Positions 57,934 through 64,000 of a stretch of 64,000 bases of DNA are shown piece after piece. The notes under the pieces are model-generated. The model did no database searches. It saw only the letters and a list, made by a program, of their open reading frames with translations, and was not told the origin of the DNA. The stretch comes from Fistulifera solaris. Lineage: Eukaryota. The DNA is taken from NCBI GenBank assembly GCA_030295235.1, contig AP026139.1, positions 434,001 to 498,000 on the forward strand, in the 5' to 3' direction. The first letter of the stretch is position 1; each line of letters begins with the position of its first letter. Both the position numbers and the translations under genes were made by a program.

Positions 57934-59065
57934 ATGGCAGACAACACACCAGAAAGCGAGGATTGGACACTCCAACTCAACGCGAACAAATCGTTAGGAG
58001 ATGACGCCTTCCGACGAGGCCAATACGACGAAGCGATTCAGCATTACACCACCGCGTTGTCTCTAGATCCTACTCATGCTGCTTTACTCAGCAATCGCTC
58101 GGCAGCATATTTGAAAGCAGGGCACAAATCGAAGGCATTGCATGATGCCCAACAAATTGATGTCACGGTCATGGGGATCAAAGCGTACAGCCGACTGGGT
58201 GCGGCACTGCAATCGCTCGGTCGATACGAGCCGGCCCTAAAAGAATGGCAGCGTGTATTGGAAAAAGATCCGCAAAATGTGGCTGCTTTACAAGGAAAAG
58301 AAGTCTGCGAGCGGGAATTGGAGAAACTGAAGGAAGAGGAGAAAAGCAAGGAAGTGGAGAAAGAAGGTACCGATACCGGTAGCGATGACGATTTAGACGA
58401 GTTTTTCAACGATGTTCAAGAGGCAGCAGAGCAAGCTGTGAAGCAGCAATTCGTGCCAGAAACATCAACTGAGGCAATACGGAATCACAAAAAGGATTTG
58501 GGCACAGCAAAGAGCAAACGGACCGATTGCTCGGTCCCAACTACCAATGGCGCAACCTCAATCCATTTTTTGTACTAGATATGGCTCATGATTCGGACGA
58601 AGAGGAAATTTCGCGACGGTTCAAAGCGCTGTCGTTGTTGCTGCATCCCGATAAACAGCACGGCGTTTCAGACGGCGAAAAGAAAGGATTCAACAAGCGT
58701 ACGACGAGGTACTTCAAGCAAAGACCAAGCTTCAGGATGAAAACAAGCGAAAACACGTACGAGATTTGATTGATGAAGGCTATCGGCAGGGAAAACTCGA
58801 TTGGGTAGCTAGCGGGAAACAGGGTTCCTTGGAGGAAGCCCAGAGCAAAGCAGTGCAAAAGATATTTGCTACGGCAGAGTACAACCGGCGGCAAGCCGAG
58901 CAGCGCATGCGAAATCATGAAAAAAGAGAAAGAGAGCAGGAGGAAGAGGAATTGCAAAAAGAAAAGAAGGAGCGAGAATTCAATACAAAGTGGAGTGAAA
59001 CAAATCGTCAGGAAAATCGCGTTGGTAATTGGAGAGATTTTGCGAGTAAGAAACGAAAGACATGA
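57934..59065 (+). CDS. TPR + DnaJ (DNAJC8-like) co-chaperone (frameshifted)
   Basis: Three TPRs (SNRSAAY), DDLDEFF, NLNPF, LSLLLHPDK and C-terminal W....E.RVGNWRDF; indels at ~58510 and ~58685. Confidence 0.88.
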
Positions 59066-59236
59066 GCTAACGGGAAACGTCATCACTTTTGTTTTCCGCC
59101 GGACGACTTTTAATATGCTAGACGCTCATTCGCATCACTCTAAGAAAATCATACGTAATAGAAGTATCAGCATATTTGACAGATACAATCCATCGAAAGA
59201 CTAAGTTTCCAGTAAACAATATGACAATGTACATTT

Positions 59237-59962
59237 TTAAACAAGTCTCTCAAAATGCACACCGTCAAGAATTCCTCCACGAAGAGTTCGCATGACAAGC
59301 CGCTCAAACTGAGTCTTATCTTTTCGGAAAAGCTCCGCAGCTTCGTGGTTGAGTGGATCATCCGGATTGGGTTCGTAAAACAAATAAATGAGCCCATAAA
59401 TGACCGAGTTAATATCAAGTACGGGTTTCCAATCCTCTCGCAGAATGTTCAAACACACTTTCCCTTGCAAATCAATGTTGGGATGGTATATCTTGGTGTT
59501 GCATTCGACTCGTGGTGGTGAATGAGGATAGTGAGGGGGGATTGTAAATGTGAAGTGATAAGTCGCTCCTTTCCACAAACCAGTATCTGGTGTGACCGAG
59601 ACATCAAACAAGGTCAAATCATTGGGGTTGGGAAATTTGATCGTAGCAACGTCGCCGCCGTCGAGTTCCGCAATGTCTTTAATTGAAGCGCATTTGTAAG
59701 ACTGGGTGTTGCGTCAAAAACACAGTCGTACATGGTGCAATAACTTACCAGTCTGAATACGAATCTCTCCCGGAGTACGCTTCTTTCCGGTCATTCCCGA
59801 CTCTCCGTTCTTGACCATTTTCTTTCCACCAATACCCAACAAGGAGACTTTTCGCGGCTGGTCGGCCGGTGCTTCAGCTGTCGTGGGTTGCTCCGCTTGC
59901 TGTTTCGATTCTTCCGCCGCTTTCTTGGCCTCGGCTTCGCGTTTCTTCTTCAATGCTAGCAT
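59237..59962 (-). CDS. UBC12: NEDD8-conjugating enzyme Ubc12
   Basis: GEIRIQT/DIAEL across intron 59677-59748; YHPNIDLQGKVCLNILREDWKPVL and EPNPDDPLN. Confidence 0.95.
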
Positions 59963-60364
59963 ATTTTCGCGAAGAATCTAGGGTAAAGTATAGCAGTAGT
60001 TTGATCGTAGAAGGCGCAATGCGTTTCTGCTGATTGTTATGTGCCCTTCCCGTCGTGTCGATTATTCGTGCCGCGTTGGTGATTGCTGCGATTCTTAGCG
60101 GCAGGAAAAGAAGTATCATAAACAAAGTACGATTGTATTCGCGATCCGACTCACCCAATCATGGTTGCCCAGAGATCTAGGGCTACAGTATCAATCTTCC
60201 TGCAGAGTTTACGATGATTCTTTTCAAGGATATTCTAACATAGACTATATGACTTGAAAAATATAATTCTCAACCTCACAAACACGATACTACACAAACT
60301 GTACTTCTTAAAAAGTAGCTGCACCAGGCGCCGACAACCCAGTCATGGCGAGCCGTTTCTGTTT

Positions 60365-62498
60365 TCACGTACAGCTTTCCCCTCCATCACTATCGACTTG
60401 CTCCAAAAGGGCATCGTTGTCATTGTGGGGTAATAAGGTCGGATAAGCGGGTGCTGTTAGTGGGTCGATACCGTGCAACCGCATCCCGACCAACATCTGT
60501 TCCGGCAGCTCATCCTCCTTGTTCCCTTGCACCACAAATCCAAGATTCAACGTCAAAATCTGCGTATAACTACGCGCCACGGATAAAATTCCCCGCGCAG
60601 CACTACTCGCCGCAATGTCTAAATCTGCTTCCAGGTACAAGCTTCGTTCGGAGCTAGCTGCACCGTAGTGATATTTCACCGGCAACTTATTGCCAATTAT
60701 AGCAGGCTTTCCGCCTACAACCTGTCTCACGACCCATGGTCCATCAATGACAACGGGTAGAATCTTTAAGGATTCGTTTTTGTGCTTCTCGTCGTTCATC
60801 AAAAAGCGACCTACAGCACGTTCGGGAGGCGACATGGAGTCCAAGGTATTACTGAGTCGCTTCTTCTCCTCTTCCGAGATCGACTCAAAGCCAGCACAAA
60901 CAAAAGGCAGAAAGCGGTCAGGTATTTCAAAATAGAAAAGCAACACTCCCCAAGGCAGGCGGAAGTTAATGACGAACGTCGGAACATCCCGCAAGTTGCC
61001 TCCAAAAATTCTAGGATTGAGAGCGACGTGCTCTGGGCACGTGTCAGTGAGCAACAACTCGAGACCTCGGGAAGGGAACAAATATTCCGCAGAGCCGATC
61101 TTCTTCTTGTCGCTTAGATAATTTGGACCGCGGACTTCGAAGTCACTCGGATCGGGATCCGACCATTTGTTGATGTAAGACCCAACGGGGGGAGATCCGG
61201 CTGGTAGTTTAGTCATTGGAGTCGTTTTCAGATTCGATTCGGTCTCGTTCATTGCAATGTCGGTCGAGTCCGAGGTCAACTTCTGTTGCGTCATTGCCCG
61301 TGAGAGTAATTCTCGCCCCGATTTATCATGCTGAATTGTCTCGTTCTGCTTAACGACAGCGATCATGCTAGGTGGTCGATCAAACCCACCTACCAAAGGA
61401 CGCGGGGTATGCAATCCCATGCAAAAAAGCCGCAAAAACAATTAATAGCGCAATATCAGCATCCAAGTGGACTTGAATTTGCGCCGCTTTCATCAAAATG
61501 CGAATCGCCGCCATGGCGATTGCAGCAAAAATCATGGGGTTGTTATCAATCATCTTTCCCAACTCCGTAGTGTCCGCGCGCACGACCGGTCCTGGTTGCG
61601 CATACGAAGGAACGAGCTCCGCAGGATGGCGATCGTCATCTAACAAAAGTCGAGCTTGTTCGCCTGCTATAGTAGCCAACTCCACTTCATCCGACTCTCG
61701 CTGCAACTGGGAACGCCTTCTTTTGTAAGACATCGGAACAATCACCGACCCGCCAATTGATGGAGGTTCCCCCACTGATGATTCGTCTCGCTTCGGAAAA
61801 TTCGAAGCCACTTTCTTGACACCATCACCCAACCACGCGAGTGGCGCCAAAATGGTGTCCGGTACCTGCTGGATGACTTTGTGACTGGCCGATCGAATCG
61901 ACAAAACCTGACGCTGGTGACGGAGTTCGTCCGGAATTGCGGCGCCTTCTTTGAGCAAAGCTTCTGCATCCACTTCGCAGCAGTGGTCGGTGAGAAAGAA
62001 TGTTCGTACGATAGTAGCGACTTTGGCAACTACTTCGTATTTTTCTACGTCTTCTGGTAAAGGAAAGCTTCGCACCGTGGCATCCAGAACCGAATCGATG
62101 ATCCGCTGTCGTTCCTTGGCAAGTAATTTGACGTACATAAAATTGACTTTTCCCAGGTACTGGGTCCGCTGAGAATCAATCAACTGCGATACTAAACGGG
62201 CATACTTGAGTGCCTTGTCACAGGGATCGGCAAGATTCTGCTCCTTGTGACTACTATTTTGAACGACTTGCTCGAGTTGATGCGCCAAACTACGAAATGC
62301 GCTGTACGTCTTGCTCAAGGCAAAGCTCGCAAATAATTCGGGCTCTTTCGGATAAACCAGTACGATAAAGTCACTTTCGACCGCCAAGCCACCATGAATG
62401 CGATAATGATCACAGGCGACGACTTGCGCTTTGACTTGAGACTTCTCAAGCGCTATCTGCAAGGGATTGGGTGTATCTTTGCCAGCAGTCGCTACCAT
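60365..62498 (-). CDS. EDR2 C-terminal (DUF1336) domain protein with TM segment and PX-like N-terminus (frameshifted)
   Basis: WSDP....FEVRGPNYL.DKKK, LKILP.VIDGPWVVR and LGFVVQG...ELPEQML; hydrophobic hairpin at ~61400-61540; indel at ~61425. Confidence 0.85.
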
Positions 62499-62921
62499 TT
62501 TAAGTGATGCACGTTTTTATAACAAACTTATTAGAGTATCAAGTGGGTTTGCGTAGACAATACTTTGACTTGCAACTCGGATAGCGTTCTGAGAGAATGT
62601 ATCAAGTTGATGCACCGCGAACGCATCTTTCCGAACATCCGGTTTTCATCAAAGCCGTGCCTTTATCGCGCCAAAAAAGTCGAATTTCTCTTCAATATGT
62701 AAAACATGTAAATAACATATGAATTGTCGCAGCGATATCAATGACGGTTTGCGGTCTGTCTTCTCGCCACAGCAAACGATCGCGAAACCCAGCACCATCG
62801 CATCTTCACTCGCCATAATCGACATTGACATCCGGCAAATTCCGAAACGCATCGTTGAGACAAATATTGGCATTGATTCTGTCTTTTCACCACACAACAA
62901 CAACAACAACAACCAAGAAAC

Positions 62922-63356
62922 ATGAGTGACGACGAAGACCCCATCGGCTCGGGCGGAGGCTTTGACAATGAAGGAGGAGTATTCGAAGACGATCAGCCCG
63001 AAGCGGCCGAAGACGACGAAGTGCAATCGGATGAAGAAGGTTTGGATGTAACGGGAGAGCACACGAGTATTGTGGGTGTCGGGGAAGGAACCGAGGGAGG
63101 AGGTCGGAGTGTAGCGGCGGCGGAGCGGATCACGACACGCTATTTAACCAAATATGAGAAAGCACGCGTCCTCGGAACGCGTGCCTTGCAAATCAGCATG
63201 AATGCGCCCGTCATGGTCGATTTGGATGGAGAGACGGATCCTTTGAAAATTGCCGAGAAGGAACTTCGAGAACGAAAAATTCCCATCATTATCCGAAGGT
63301 ACATGCCAGACGGCAGTCACGAAGACTGGGCGGTCGATGAGCTAATAGTCGATTGA
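62922..63356 (+). CDS. RPB6: RNA polymerase I/II/III shared subunit RPB6
   Basis: Acidic N-terminus; [28 protein letters not shown] and [14 protein letters not shown]. Confidence 0.97.
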   Translation: MSDDEDPIGSGGGFDNEGGVFEDDQPEAAEDDEVQSDEEGLDVTGEHTSIVGVGEGTEGGGRSVAAAERITTRYLTKYEKARVLGTRALQISMNAPVMVDLDGETDPLKIAEKELRERKIPIIIRRYMPDGSHEDWAVDELIVD

Positions 63357-64000
63357 AAGACTGGTTAAAACGGACGTGTTATTTTGTGTAGTCTATTGTT
63401 CCGTTTTAAAAGCAGTAGCCCAGCTGGTAGTTTTCTGTACGACGTCGCTCAGAAATTGTCGACAAGAAATATCACAAGATGACAATGGCAGACGCTTCGA
63501 AGAGTACAATTATTCTTGCAAACGCGTTCACACTTGCATTGTCGCACAAGGGTCTATCTAAATCGGATCGTTGTAAGGCTAGATGAGACAATGCCGTCTT
63601 TTCAGTCTCCGACCGAGGTCAACTTCACCCGCAGTGCGGTTTTCTGACGAGCACATCGGAAAGGCGCTCCGTTATTAACTCCATTTCTAGGTGTGTGGAT
63701 TTGACTTGTTAGTTTCGATGTGAACAAGCTCTACTAGACGTAACATAAAATGCAAAGAAAAAACTTAGAGAAGAAATAAATGCCCTCCCTCTCTAAATGG
63801 CTGATGGAATCTGGAATCTGAAGAAGAGAATTAGGGACATTGCCAATGATGCTTTCATCGTTCATCGAAGTTCGCCGTCTTTTTTTCAGACCCGTAACCC
63901 TCGTATCGTCTTGCCTCATCGCAAACGTCCGTCATTCGTGTTTCGCGTCCTTTTTTCATATTATTATTATTTCGGGGTCCTCCCTTTTCTGGTCGCCAAA

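Noticed and set aside
3575..61430. Programmed ribosomal frameshifting or RNA editing as the cause of split ORFs
   Set aside because: Breaks sit in arbitrary homopolymers of all four bases with no shared slippery motif, so sequencing error is far simpler.
63376..64000. Short ORFs at the window end
   Set aside because: No recognisable homology or splice pattern; likely intergenic.

Overview
This is gene-dense eukaryotic nuclear DNA with short (about 70-130 nt) GT-AG introns and several bipartite plastid-targeting presequences. It is most likely a pennate diatom (inferred from the gene families and ASAF-like motifs). About 35 protein-coding loci are present, including METH, OLA1/YchF, COX16, gamma-tocopherol methyltransferase, a YafJ-like amidohydrolase, a JmjC oxygenase, a class-V PLP lyase, an ATG14/Vps38-like protein, an RluA synthase, an LRR protein, FAD synthase, a secreted double-SET protein, two SLC35A transporters, GH128, a sulfotransferase-like protein, VIT1, a TPR-DnaJ protein, UBC12, an EDR2-C protein and RPB6. 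Many genes are split by single-base indels in homopolymer runs, which I read as assembly error. Highlights: (1) METH carries an in-frame duplication of its substrate-binding module with a 210-nt perfectly identical block. (2) A cluster of decayed DUF6604-like paralogues includes an apparent micro-inversion. (3) Several small genes are invisible to the ORF track: a Cys-rich secreted peptide, an ATP synthase f-like subunit and a candidate spliced antisense ORF. (4) A TACC(W)GGTA palindrome recurs in intergenic DNA. (5) Two neighbourhoods may be functional, one for glycan modification and one for thiol-metabolite chemistry. No rRNA, tRNA, CRISPR array or recognisable transposase was found. All family assignments come from motif recognition by eye, not database searches.
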